Below are positions 14,741-28,847 of a stretch of DNA of 64,000 nucleotides, in pieces. Location of the stretch: the NCBI RefSeq assembly GCF_009914755.1, contig NC_060926.1. The stretch is one strand, 5' to 3'. This DNA comes from the human T2T-CHM13v2.0 reference genome, Homo sapiens. The notes under the pieces are model-generated. The model had not been told where the DNA came from and made no database searches. It saw nothing but the letters and a program-made list of their open reading frames with translations. The position numbers and the translations under genes were made by a program. The stretch's first letter is position 1. Each line of letters begins with the position of its first letter.

Positions 14741-17174
14741 ATACTTATCAGAATTATAATTGATATACCTACATACACGTTTTTTCTCTCTCTATATATA
14801 TATCCATATACACACATTATATACATATAAACTACATAAACATTTTATATATACTATATATACACACATATGAGAGAGAATATGATAAAGCAAATGTTAA
14901 CATTTAAGACATTTGAAGAATACACAAGAATTCTCTGTACTATTTTTGCAACTTTTCTATACATCTGCATTTATTTCTAAGTAAATTTGAAGAAACAATT
15001 GGCAGCATTAAAACTTGTAGGATTGGACATCCACTTAAAGACTAGCATCCTCAAAACTTAAGAAAAAAAAATTAAATTGTAAAAAAATCTTTTCCACTTA
15101 TATATATCTAACATTCTCAGGTAAGAGACAGCCTTTACTTAATTAGCTCTCAAAGAACAAATTCCCTGGGAAAGAAAGGATTGAGTTAAGTCAGTTGTGT
15201 TAAATTAAAACAGAAAAGGAAGAAATCTAAATTATGTAAAGTGGAGCTATCTGTGATTGTATGGGATGTCAAAAATTGCCCCCACTCCTTGCTTCAACCC
15301 ACAGCTTCTATTTTCCAAGCCCTATGGTAGTAATTTGGCTAGAATCTTAGCAATACTTCTACAAATTTTTCAACTGTGTCTTTTGTCCCAGGCTCCCTTC
15401 ACCCAAGATCTTCTGCCTCTGGCCCCCTTCAGTCACCATCAGGGCTGAACAGATTGACCTTTAATTGAAATTCATCCTGCCTTGTATACATGGTATGTCT
15501 AATTGTGGATGTAAAGGCCTTTTTGAAGCAAATTTTAATCATTAGTAAGCAGTGGCAGAGATACAGCTGTGTTTATGAGGTTATGGATGTGCATACATGT
15601 GCGCAAAGGAGGTCCTAAAACCACTTTCAGACTACAGGCACACTGGAAAGCTAAGCCAAAATGCCTAAGAATCATCTGCTACTGTTATTATCACAGACTG
15701 ATTTCCCACATTTTGATGCAAGTTCATTTTTGGACATTTATTTCCTAGCAGAACATTCATAGCTTCTCCTTTTCTAAAAGTTCATTATCTACATTAGTTT
15801 TTCATCAAGCACATACACAGCACTCATGAAATATTTTGCCAGAATTTAGGAGGGGTGGTTTAGAAAGTCTCCTACGAGGTCTCCAATGGCACACAGAGAA
15901 TGTGATTTGACAGCTGTGGTGAAATTTTTCATTATAATCATGGAAGCATCAGAATTTTAGTTGGTTAAAAAAAAGCAGAAGTGGCGGTTGCAGATGTAAA
16001 AAAAAATTAAAAGGAATGTTTATTAAAATAAACTCCTTATTTAAGATTTACTATTTGAAGGAAACAAGAACTCTCAAACAATATTCTACTATTATCCTGT
16101 GACCATAAGAACAATTGGACAGCTGTAAACCAAATTTAATTTTTAGAAAATACTCATAATGAGTTAAAATAAGATTAAGAAAGATCTATCTAAAACACTC
16201 AATAGATAAATACTTTCTAAAATAGAAAAATGTAGAAAACTGGAAAGGAATACATCATTCAAAATAATTCTGAAATAGACAGTAAATGGCTATTTTCATT
16301 TTGATAGTTTAGATAGTTAATAAAACAATGGAAACAATGCAAACATGCACGAGTAAAAACAAAATTAGCTTTTATGTGGACCAATGATGCATCCAAGGTC
16401 ACCCACTACTAGACATTTAATGTTCAGAAGCAGAAATAATGTATTAGAAAGAAAGGTGAAATCATGAATCCCTTTGCCCACTAGCTACATGAGCTTTGGC
16501 AAATTACTTAGACTTTCTGACGCTCTGTCTCCTCATTTGTAAAATGGAGACGAAGTGCCTCACATGCAGCAGTCACTCGAAAAATGGTCACTATTATTAT
16601 TAAGAAAATAACAGTTATCGGGTATCGAGAGTTTATTGTGTGCCAGGCACTTTGATAAAAGCTCTAAATGGATTATCGTTTTTAGCTAGTAGGGGTTACA
16701 CTGCTGGTTAACAGTGAGCTCTTACAGGATGTTAGATAGAGGAGTGATAAAATTTTAAAATCTAAAATAATAATGAGTTGTAACAAAATCAAGGAGATCT
16801 GGCTTATTTATCTACTTCTTAGGAAAACATGTAGACGATGCATGAGTAGAGAATGAGGTTTCATTGGTTTAACACCCCAAAATAGGAAATAGAATGATCT
16901 ATTTATGTGAGATTAGAAATCAGGGAATGGCTGATCTAGAGGCAGGAGTTTAAGCATTAAAATTTTAAGTATTAAAACACTTGCAGTGTAACACAAATTA
17001 TTTTATTGTTATTTCAGCTCTTCTCAGTTCCGTTAGATTAATTGAGAGTTGATTAGTGAAAATTGATATGCAATTATAATAATGACCATAAATATGTCAG
17101 GATAATTAACCTTGGCATGTCTACTTGCAAATGCATTGCTCCTATTTGTAGTTTTGGTAACAACTTATTACTGA

Positions 17175-17513
<339 letters not shown>

Positions 17514-17654
17514 GATAGATTCTTAATTGTACATTCTTCTTTTACACCAGTGAAAAACCACTTGAGTTCTAAAGCACACATTTCTGTATAAAGAGTCAAA
17601 GAAAAGATCATTATAAGAATTTCTAAGACATGTTAATAGATTACATTTAAAAAA

Positions 17655-17957
<303 letters not shown>

Positions 17958-20799
17958 TAATGGTGTTTTTAAAAGTAAGATTTAATATTCTCCATATTTT
18001 ACACCCATAATCTACAGATAACCTTTCCATTATCCCAAATAAATTATCTACTCCATGTAGTCCAGTGTCCACATTGTAATGCTCACACACCAAGAATATT
18101 GCACATGATGGCATACTTATGCCTCTTATTCCTTACTGTTGATCAAAATGATACCCTGCTAAAATACTACATAAAACATACATTACCATAATGATTCCTC
18201 AAAATATTGTTCTCACTTCGCCTTTTTGTTTTGTTTTTGTTTGGCCTGGAATGCTGTTCCATTTAACTCAGTAAGTCCAGTCCCACCCATTTACACATTA
18301 AGTATTGAAATGCCAGCTCTACAAAGTATTCTCCCATCTCTCCAGCTCTAGTCAATGTCTTCATCCCATAAACTCCCAAGTTAATTTCAACTTCACTTAA
18401 AGCAGATAGCTGTTTCTATCTGGTTTCATTGATAGTAATGTAGATTCCCTTGGTTTCTTTACAAGGCTAGAAGCTCTTAGAGTGTGAGATCCACACGTGA
18501 TGGTTATCCTTCATCAAAAGAATAATTTCTTGAGCATAGCATGTGGATGGGTAGGGCCTGGGTAGAACTTCCATGGTCAGTCTTTACTAGGCCTTGGACA
18601 TAAGTGACCATACGTGTACAGACTGGTTATCTTCTTTAAATAGCTTTGTTAATGTGGAATTTACATAGCAAAAAATTCGTGCATTATTTATGTATAGTTT
18701 GTGATTTTTAATAAATTTATAGTGTTAATAAATTTATAGGCAACCATCATCACTATCCAGTTTTAGCACATTTCCATCATTCCAAAAAGTTTTCTCATGC
18801 TAATTTAGAGCTAACCTGCTCCCACTCCTGGCCCTAAGCAACTATGGGTCTGTTTTCTGTTTCTGTAGATTTGCCTTTTCCAGACATTTCATGTAAATGG
18901 AATCACACTATATGTAGACTTTTGGGTTTGATTTCTCTCAACTAACATAATGTTTTTGAGGCTCATCCGTGTTATAGGATGAATCAGTAGTTTTTTTTCG
19001 TTGCTTAATCATTAACAGTTGAGCATTTGGATTGTTTACAGTTTTGCCTATTATGAATAATGCTGTCATAAAATTAGCATGCAACTCTTTTGTGGACATA
19101 TGTTTCATTTCTCTTGGGTAGATTCCTAAGAGTGAAATTGCTGGGTTGTATAGTAAGTGTATGTTTAACTTTCTAAAAAACTGCATAACTATTTTCCAAA
19201 GTGGCCACACCACTTTATAATCCCATCAACAATGTATGAGCATCACAGTTTCTCCACATTCTTGCCCTAATTCCATCTTTTTTATTATAGTAACTTAAGG
19301 GAATGTGCAGTCGTTTCTCATTGTGGTGTTAATTTGCATTTTCCAAATGACTAATGATGCTGAGAATATTTTCATATGTTTATTACTCATATATCTTCTT
19401 TGATGAAGAATATATTCAAATCTTTTGCCCACTTTTTAACTGAATTGTTTTCTACTTGACTGGTAAGAGTAATCTAAATATTCCAGAGGAAAATCCTCTA
19501 TTAGATACAATATTTGCAAATATTTTCTTCCAATCTCTATCATGATTTTCATTTTCTTAATGATGTCTTTTAAGTATATTTTTTAAATTTTGAGGTCCAA
19601 TTTATCAATTTTTTCTTTTGTGGATTGTACTTTTCCTGTCATATGTAGAAGTCTTTGCCTAATCTAAGATGACAAAGATTTTCTTTTGTGATTTTTTCTA
19701 GAAATTTTATAGTTTTAGCTGTTACATTTAAGCCTATGATCCCTTTGGAGTTAATTGTTGTGCATTGTGTGGGCCCAAGTTCATAGTTTTTTTCAGACAT
19801 CCAACTCTGCCAGCATTCTTTGTTGAAAGACTATCCTTTCCCCATTAAATTGCCTTAGCAATTTTGTTGAAAATCAACTGACCACATAGGGGGTTATTTC
19901 AGTTCTATTCTGTTGATCTTTATGCCTATTCTTACACCAATAGCACACTGTCACGATTACTATAACTTTATAACACATTTTGAAATTAAGTAGTATAATT
20001 CCTCCAACTTTATTCTTCTTTTTCAAAACTGTTTTGGCCATTCTAGTTCTTTTATTCTAGATTATAGGGACCAGCTTGTGAAGTGTGTACCCCAAAAAAG
20101 CCTGCTGAAATTTTGAGGGATTGTGTATTGAATGTATAGGTTAATTTAAGAAGGAGTGTCATTTGAACAATATTGAGGCTTCCATTCTATGAATGTGAAA
20201 TGTCAATTTATCTCAGCCCCATTAAGTATTTTTCAGTGTACAAGCCTTACACTTCTTTTATTAATTTGTTTCTAATATTCCTAAGTATTTTATTCTTTCG
20301 ATGCTACCTGGAATGAAATTGTTTTCTCAATTTTATTTTCAGACTGCTAATTTGTGGTGTAGAGAAATATGTTTTTCAAAAAATTTTGTATCCTGAGACT
20401 GTGCTAAACTTATTAATTTTAGTAGTTTTATCTGTGTGCGTGTGTATGTATGTGTGTATTTTCCTTAAGATTTTCTACATATCAGGTGATCTGTGAATAG
20501 AGTTTCACTTTTTCCTATTCAATTTGATGCCTTTTATTTCGTTTCCTTTATTACACTAGCTGAAACCTCCAGTACAACATAAGTGATGACAGCAGACGTT
20601 CTTTTCTTGTTTCTAATCTCAGGGGAAAAGCTTTTGGTGGTTTATGTTAACTATGATATTGACTGTAGGTTTTTTTTTTTATAGATGCCCTTTATTATTA
20701 CTAGATTGAGGGAGTTCCCTTCCATTCCTACTTCCCGGAGAGCTTTTATCATAAATATGTGTTGGATTTAGAACAGTGCTTTTCTACATCTATGGAGAT

Positions 20800-21144
20800 G
20801 ATGGTCTGAATGTTTGTGTTGCTCCAAAATTCTTATGTTCAAATTCTAATCTCCAAGGTGATGTTATTAGGATGTGGAGCCTTTGGGAAGGAATTAGGTC
20901 ATGAGGACAAAACTCTCATGAATGAGATCGTGCCCTTATAAGAGACCCCAGAGAGCTAGTTCTCCTTTCCACCATGTAAGGACACAGCAAGAGGGTGCTG
21001 TCTATGAGGAAGCAGGCACTCATCAATCTGCCCATGATGCTTTGTCAACTTTCCAGCCTCCAGAACTGAGACATAAATTTCTGTTGCTTACAAGCCACTC
21101 GATTTATGGAACTTTTGTTATAGCAGCTCAAACAGACTAAGACA
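20800..21144 (+). mobile_element. MST-family LTR nested in L1
   Basis: atggtctgaatgtttgtg ... ttatagcagctcaaacagactaagaca; flanked by agatg on both sides. Confidence 0.8.
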
Positions 21145-21196
21145 GATGACCATGTGGTTTTTGTCCTCTAGCTTATTAATATGGTGTTTTATATTA

Positions 21197-21662
21197 ATTT
21201 TTTGCTAAGAGGGTCTTGCTATGTGGCCTAGTCTGGAGTGCAGTGGCTATTCAAAGATGCAATCATAGCCCACTAGACCCTCAGACTCTTGGGCTCACGT
21301 GATCCTCCTGCTTCAGCGTCCTGAGTAGCTGGACCTACAGGTGCATACCACAGTGCCAGATATAAACTTTTTTTTATTTTTCAAGAGATGGGGTCTCCCT
21401 TTGTGACTTAGGCTGGACTGCAGTGGCACAATCACAGCTCGCTATTCCTTGAACTACTGAGCTCAAGTGATCCCCCCGCCTCAGCCTCCTGAGTAGCTGG
21501 GACTACAGGTGTGTGCCACTGTGCCTGCCTTATTTAATTTGTTGTATAGATAGGATCTCACCATCTTGCCCAAGCTGGTCTCAAATTTCTGGGCTCAAGC
21601 ACTTTCTTACCTTGGCCTCCCAAAGTGCTGGGATTACGGGTGTGAGCCACTGCACCTGGCCT
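21197..21662 (-). mobile_element. Alu right-arm monomer followed by a full AluJ
   Basis: Two tandem antisense Alu segments, ~21197-21360 and ~21368-21662. Confidence 0.85.
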
Positions 21663-21999
21663 TTTTTGATGGAAAGCCAAACTTGCATTCATGGTATATG
21701 ATCTATCCTTCATACATATTGCCATATTTGGTTTGCTAATACTTCATTGGGAATTTTTGTACATTCACAAGGGATGCTGATCTTGTAATGTCTTTGTCTG
21801 AATTTGTTATCAGGGTAATAACATCCTCACAGAGTAAGTGGAGAACTGTTCTATTTTCAGAAAGTTTGTGTATGATGGTATAATTTCTTCCTTAAATATT
21901 TGATGGATTGACATCAGTGAATCCATCTAGACCTGGGCTTCTCTTTGTGGGAAGATTTTCTTTGTGGAAAGTATTAAATTTCCGTACTTGTTACATGTC

Positions 22000-22430
22000 T
22001 GTTATGGGTTGAACTGTGTCATCCAAAAAGATGTGTTGAAGCCCTAACCCCCAGTACCTTAGAATACGTTATTTCAAAAGAGGGTCATTGCAGATGTAAT
22101 TCATTAAGATGAGGTCACACTGGAGTAGGCTGGGCACTTCAGCCTCTAGGAGACAGGCACGTGAGGGAACAGCACATGTGGAGATGCAGGCAGAGACTGA
22201 AGTGCTGCAGTTGTAAAACCAAGGAGCACCAAGAAAGGCCAAGGATTGCTGAAAACACCAGCAGTGGGAAAGAGACAAGAATTCTCTCTTCCAGGTTTCA
22301 GAGGGAGCAGAGCCCTGCCAACACTTTGATCGAGCTTCATGTCTCTAGAACATGAGATAATAAATTTCTGTTGTCTTAAGCCACCTAGTTTATAATACTT
22401 TTTTTTTTTTTTACAACCACCATAGAAAAT
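22000..22430 (+). mobile_element. MLT1B/C-like (ERVL-MaLR) LTR nested in L1
   Basis: tgttatgggttgaactgtgtc ... taaatttctgttgtcttaagccacctagttt. Confidence 0.8.
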
Positions 22431-23428
22431 AAAGTCTTTTTGGATTTTCTATTGAGCCAGTTTTGGCAATTTGTGTCTGTCTAGGAATTTGTCCAATTCA
22501 TCTGCATTGTCTAATTTATTGGCACAACGTTATTTACAGTCTCTTACAATCCTTTTAATTTGGGTTGGTAGTGATGTACCTGTTTTGATTCCTAATTTTG
22601 GTCTTTTTAATTTTTTGGCCAGTTTAATGTTGGCTCATTAATTTTACTGGTTTTTTTTTTTTTCTAAAAAACAAACTTTTGATTTTCATTTTCTCTATTT
22701 TTGTTACTTATTTTATTGATTTGCAATATGATCATTATTTCCTCCCTTTGCTAAAGGTTTACGTTCCTCCTCTTTTTCTAGTTTTCAAGGTGGAAGTGTA
22801 GATTTGAGACTCTTTTTCTTGGTGTTTAAAGGACTAAATACCCTTTTGATCACTGTTTTAGCTGCAGTGCATGACTTCAATATGTTTTCACTTTCATTCA
22901 TTTCAAAATACTTTCTAATTTCCTTTAGTACTTCTTCCTTGGCCCATGAGTAATCTAATTTCCAAACATCTGGGGATTTTCCAAATTTCTTTCTATTGTC
23001 AATCCCTAATTTAATTCCACTGTAACTGGAGAATGTACTTTGTATGATCCCAATTCTTTTAAATTTACTGAGACTTATTTATGGTCTAACATAAGGCTAT
23101 CCTGGAGAGTATACTTTTTAAAAAGAACATAAATTCAGCTGTCATTAAGTACAGTGGTCTGTACATGTTGGTTAGGTTGAGAGTCTTGTTCAAGCCTTCT
23201 ATATACTTAGTGATTTTCTGCCTGGTTGTTCTACACATTATTGTGAGTAGGATACTGAAATATCAAACTACTGTTGTTTGTATATTTCTCTGTTCAATTC
23301 AATCATTTTTGCTTCATGAATTTAGGGCTCTGTTACTGGGTGCATATACATTTATAACTGTTATATCTTCTCAATGTATTGACCCTCTTATCAGTATGGA
23401 ATTTCTGTCTCTAAAAATATTTCTTGTC

Positions 23429-23795
<367 letters not shown>

Positions 23796-24557
23796 TTATT
23801 ATCACTATGGTACATGAACCAATTTCTCATTTTTACAGTTCTTAAATTGAGATTTGAATTATTTAATTTGCAAGCTTTTCCATAACTAGAAAGCTATAAA
23901 TTATCTTATCAGTTTTACACATATTTTGGTACAGTTTTGGGTAAAACAGTAATCAATACTTGGTTCATTAAAAGCAATTAGAAACCCAAACAAGCTTCTC
24001 CCTTAAAAAGATAATCCAGTTGTGTATTTGTTGCACGCTGTCGTTGCATGGTATTGTTGCCTGACGTCCTCTCACTTTCAGGCTGGGTTCTGAAATCTGA
24101 GAATGACACTTGTCTACCTTCCTGCCAGTCCTGGATTTGTGAACTGTACAAGGGTTGTTACCACCACTCCTCCGCTTATGTGCAAGCACCACATCTTAAA
24201 AACACTCATTTAAGTCGGGTGGCTTAATCATAGGTATTGCTGCTTTTCCTGTAAACCTTAGATAAAAGTTAAAATTTATTTTATACCATTCAATGTCTCA
24301 CATATTATGCACAATGTGCATAGTGCTGCCTCGTCTCATGATTAAGATATATACTTTCCAGCATTTAGAAATCATTGTTTTATATGGTAATGTAGTGATT
24401 ACGTATATTTTAAGTTAAAGAATTTCTTCTGGCACTGATTCTTTGGTATTTTTAAGCCTTGCTCAGTGAAAGGATGCTGCTGCTGATTGCTTCATATGTT
24501 CATATTTAAGATATACAATTATTATCCAAGTGATATTTGTCAATTGAAATGGGATAT

Positions 24558-24577
24558 GAGCATGTTACAACATGCTC
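24558..24577. promoter_or_regulatory. Candidate p53/p63/p73 response element
   Basis: GAGCATGTTA-CAACATGCTC: two abutting half-sites, 18/20 match to (RRRCWWGYYY)2, both cores CATG. Confidence 0.45.
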
Positions 24578-25480
24578 ATTTCAACAGAAACTTTTAAAAA
24601 ACCCAGTCTGCTCAACAAATCACGTAGGACAAAAGAGAAGGTCATTTTTTAAAAGGTAGATATTTTTTTCTATCTGTTAAATGTCTTTTACCCCTTAAAT
24701 GTCTATGAAAATTTTCACTGATATTTGAAACAGAACATAATTACCTAAGAATATTCTTAATCCGTATATATTTCTTACATTTTAACGAAATTATTGAATT
24801 GAGACTTCTTGATTTGTGGCTCCCTTAAAATCACCTCTGCATTTGATGTATTATACGGACAAGAAAATGATGCAATTATAGAAAGATGTAGAGAGTGATG
24901 GAGAATAGAAGATAAGATTAATATTAATTGAATGGATTCATATGATTGTGGTTCAGAAGGATAAATGAGGACTTCTTCCTTTTGAGAAATTACACATTTC
25001 CCCCTCTAGGGAAATACAGAAAATACCTCTATAGGCAATTTACTTTTCCCCGCATTCATTTGACTTTTCATGTCCAGAAATGCAGTTTCTCATTGTCAGT
25101 TGAGCTTTTGGAGGAGTATATTGTTTTTCTAGAAAAGAGGTAACTTATGAGTCTTAATGAACACGTACAATTTGCTAAGAATCTTCTTTGTCACTTGAAA
25201 GTCATATGTACACCCACACCTATGCATGAGCCACATTTTCACTTAAATTTCAAACTCCAAAATAAATATTTCTATGAAGAGTTTTAATACACAATGGCAA
25301 AAGATAAACTCTTCTGGTTTAGGCAGTTTTTGTTTTAGCAGACTATCTAAACACAGCTGCTACAACTTCCAATAAACAAAGAGTAACACTAAACCACCTG
25401 TATTCGGATACTCGGATTCCTTCTTGGAAAAAGAGCATCTTTACCCTAGCTATCAGAAAATTCCATACCAAATAGTAAGA

Positions 25481-25902
25481 TTTTTTTTTTTTGAGATAGA
25501 GTCATGCTCTGTCGCCCAGGCTGGAGTGCATGGACGCGATCTCACTGCAACCTCTGCCTCCCGGGTTCAAGGATTCCCCTGCCTCAGCCTCCCGAGTAGC
25601 CGGGATTACAGGCGCCCGCAACCATGCCTGGCTAATTTTTGTATTTTTAGTAGAGACAGGGTTTCGCCATGTTGGCCAGGCTGGTTTTGAATTCCTGACC
25701 TCCGGTGATCCGCCCGCCTTAGCCTCCCAAAGTGCTGGGATTACAGGCGTGGGCCACCGCGCCAGGCCTGTTGTTGTTTTTTAAATAGAGACAAGGTCTC
25801 ACTATGTTGTCCAGGCTGGTCTCAAACTCCTGAGCTCAAGCGATCCTCCTGCCTCGACCTCCCAAAGTGCGGGGATTACAGGCGTGAGTTACCGTGCCCG
25901 GC
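25481..25902 (-). mobile_element. AluS plus adjacent Alu left monomer (FLAM-like)
   Basis: Antisense Alu 25481-25768, then monomer 25770-25902; gtaagat on both outer flanks. Confidence 0.9.
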
Positions 25903-26089
25903 TGTAAGATAGTTTTTTCATATCCTATTAAATATATATAGCATTGCAACATTTAACTTAGCCTAACTCCTACAGCTAAACATAAAACTTGCTCCCGAGT
26001 AGCAAACAATTAAAATGGTATCAAATTATGTATTAATCGAAATTCTATTAACTGAAATATGAAACACCTAAAGCCCTCAAAATGGGCAA

Positions 26090-27100
26090 ACGTTGCGTGG
26101 TGCAGTCCCAGACCCAAGCTTCTGGGAGTGAAAGGTGCACCCGCGACCTTGCCTTGCTGGCTGGCTCTGGGACTCTGCGATAAGCCGCCCTCCGGTTGTC
26201 TGCGATAGCTCCTGAAGCAGGAGAGTGTCTTTCCCACCCTCCGCCTAACAGGCGGTATCTGACCCTTCCAGGCAGCAGCTCCCCAGCCTCCGGCTGCGCT
26301 GGGGCCCGGAAGGACGAAGCTTCCCGGCAGAGAACCTGGGCAGAGGCGTCCGTTGGGTAGGCGGCCGCGACCCGCTCGCTGCTTCTCCCCTAGTCTTCGG
26401 GTCCCTTGAACGCAGGTCGCTTGTTTGCCTTACGCGTAGTCAGCGGCCAGTGGCTATTTATGGCAGTAAGGAATATTATCCACATTTCACATGGAGCTTA
26501 GAGGACAGGGCGAGGGTCCACACTCTCCTTACTGCGCTCTGCCGCGGTCCTGCCCCGCTGTGCCCTCGCGGCCCCCTTAGAGCCACTGCCGGCGCACGCG
26601 GTCTGCAGACAGCAGAGCGCGGGCGCGCACAACTAAGCATGCGCCGCGGCCGAGCCGTCCGCTTTAAGGCCCTCCCCTCCCGCACCCGGCCCCAGGAACC
26701 CGGGGCGCCCCGGATCGGGAACGTGCGTGATGACGCACGTGCGCGCGAAGACGTGGGGACGCAGGCGGGTCGTAGAGAGCGTGAGTTTCCGCGTCTGTTT
26801 GGTCCGGCTGCTGTCGTTGGTTGTGAGCGGCATCTCTCGCCGTTTCCCCGGGCTGCGGGAGCTGGCGGCCGGGCTGGGGCTGCTGGGCGGAGGTCGGCGC
26901 CTCCCGGGGGGCTAGGGCGAGGGAGGCATGGCGGGGCTGGAGGCACAGCCTCCCCGTCCGGGGCAAGTCCGAGAGCGGGGAGGGCGTTTCCTGGGGTAAC
27001 TCCACCTGGGGTCTTGTCGAAGTTGCCGCATCTCCGCCGGACCGCACGGGAACGACGTGCCCACACTCGGAGGAAGGGGTTGGCGCTGAGCGAGTTTAAA
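26090..27100 (+). promoter_or_regulatory. RHBDD1: CpG-island promoter of RHBDD1
   Basis: The only large CpG-dense, GC-rich non-repeat block in the window. Contains CRE-like TGACGCA, E-box CACGTG (26736-26741), partial NRF1 motif GCATGCGC (26638-26645) and a splice donor at 26781. Confidence 0.9.
26720..26780 (+). other. RHBDD1: RHBDD1 first non-coding exon (start approximate)
   Basis: Donor AGC|GTGAGT at 26780/26781 inside the CpG island. The TSS cannot be read from sequence. Confidence 0.75.
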
Positions 27101-27620
27101 GGGTTCCTTTTGAAAGCAGGAAGTTTGAAGTGACGTTGCATCAGCAACAGAGCATGCAGTTTCAGGTGCTCTCGGGACAGCTTTCAGTTTCTCAGAACAA
27201 GTCTAAGCCTCACCGCAGTAATAACTTTTATTAGAGGACAAAAAATCCGCCAAAGTAAACCCTTTCTGTCCAACCCCTAAAAACCTTTGGATAAACGTTT
27301 ACAAGAAACGGATCACAGCCTTATTTGTTTTTCTAAACTGAGCATAAACTCTTTTGAAGACTCAGCGTTACTGTCAAAATGAATGAGTGCCTGCCTAGTT
27401 ATGATTCAATTATCGAGGTGTTTGGGTCTCTGCAGTACACTCAGTGACTCCCAGGCTTTTCTTTTTTCTCTTTGAAATTGCTTATTAGAAGGCTTTATCT
27501 AATTTCTCACAGTTGTGTGTCTTTTTGAGGTAGTTCTAATAAACTTTAAAGGCTTCTGGTTTGCTGCAGGCCTGCCGTCGCTGTGGAAAGCAAGTATTCT
27601 TTCAAAGAAGAATAGAAGTG

Positions 27621-27790
27621 CATTGGTTTCTAAATAATCCCAGGACGCTAGGATCAGCATCACTTGGGAACTTCTTGGAAATGCACATTTTGGGGTCTTA
27701 TCCCAAACTTACTGAATCAGAAATATATTTTAACAAGCCTTCCAGTTGATACCAATGCACCTGGACGCTAAAGTTTGAGAATTAATGGCG
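27621..27790. mobile_element. MER5A-like hAT-Charlie element
   Basis: cagcatcacttgggaacttcttggaaatgcacatt ... tactgaatcagaaa ... ttttaacaagc ... aagtttgagaa. Confidence 0.75.
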
Positions 27791-28215
27791 TAGTGATAAC
27801 ACCCATTGTGGAATCACATATAATGGAATTTGAATTGAAGTAATTCCTAGATGGAAAAACTTGGACATGTTACCTCACAGGGCTGGAATATGAAGATGCA
27901 AGAAAAATGTTTAACACAAAACACATAGAAAACCCTCAAAGATGTTATTAAGTAACTTATTAGAACTGCATAAAATAAGTACATAGTTTGTGCTGGAAGG
28001 ATTCTTCAGCGGGGTAGATATGAGCTGTAGCGCATGGATATTGGGACTGCTGCTTAGAGGGTATTTTGTTTACCTCGGGATTCTCAATTCTGTGTAGTCA
28101 AGGTTGTTGGATGCAGGATATTCAGTTAAAAGTTAAAGCAGTGCATACTAATGCTATTGTGGTTGTAGGATTTTTAAGAATAGCATTAGTATTTATGTTG
28201 AAGAGTAGTTTTTAA

Positions 28216-28480
<265 letters not shown>

Positions 28481-28765
28481 TCTTCAGTTTAGTTATACCT
28501 TCTTTGACCCAGAATTTGGTAAAGACCAGAGGTAAGCACTAGTTTTAGAGTTGAGAATTATTGTAACATAGTGACTTGCAAGCGAAAGCCAAGGCTGAAT
28601 ATGTTTCTGTCCTTATCTTTGTTTCCCATATGTTGTACAACTCCACGGTAGCAAAGATCTCATGTCTACTCTAGATACCTCCATTTTCAGGAAGGATCAC
28701 AGGAGTGCCCTCAACCTGCTGTGTTTTTTAGATGCAGTATTTTCTTACAACTTTATCTCTTTCAG

Positions 28766-28847
28766 GGGTCCATTGTAGGGGGAGAAAGAAATATTCAGGA
28801 TTTAAAGCAGCTGCTCTAAAGGCTACATTCACTGCAATGTTGAGAAG
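28766..28847 (+). other. RHBDD1: Candidate alternative 5'-UTR exon of RHBDD1
   Basis: Acceptor ctttatctctttcag|G and donor AAG|GTCAGT. Other AGs lie just upstream (e.g. ending 28737), so the start is uncertain. Confidence 0.55.

Noticed and set aside
26750-26770. ERSE (CCAAT-N9-CCACG) at the promoter
   Set aside because: CCACG is present on the minus strand, but there is no CCAAT at the required spacing.
26450-27147. Overlapping 227-aa (+), 223-aa (-) and 127-aa (-) ORFs
   Set aside because: Arg/Ala/Pro/Gly-rich, no recognisable domain, open on both strands and running across the exon-1 donor. This is the expected stop-codon scarcity of a CpG island.
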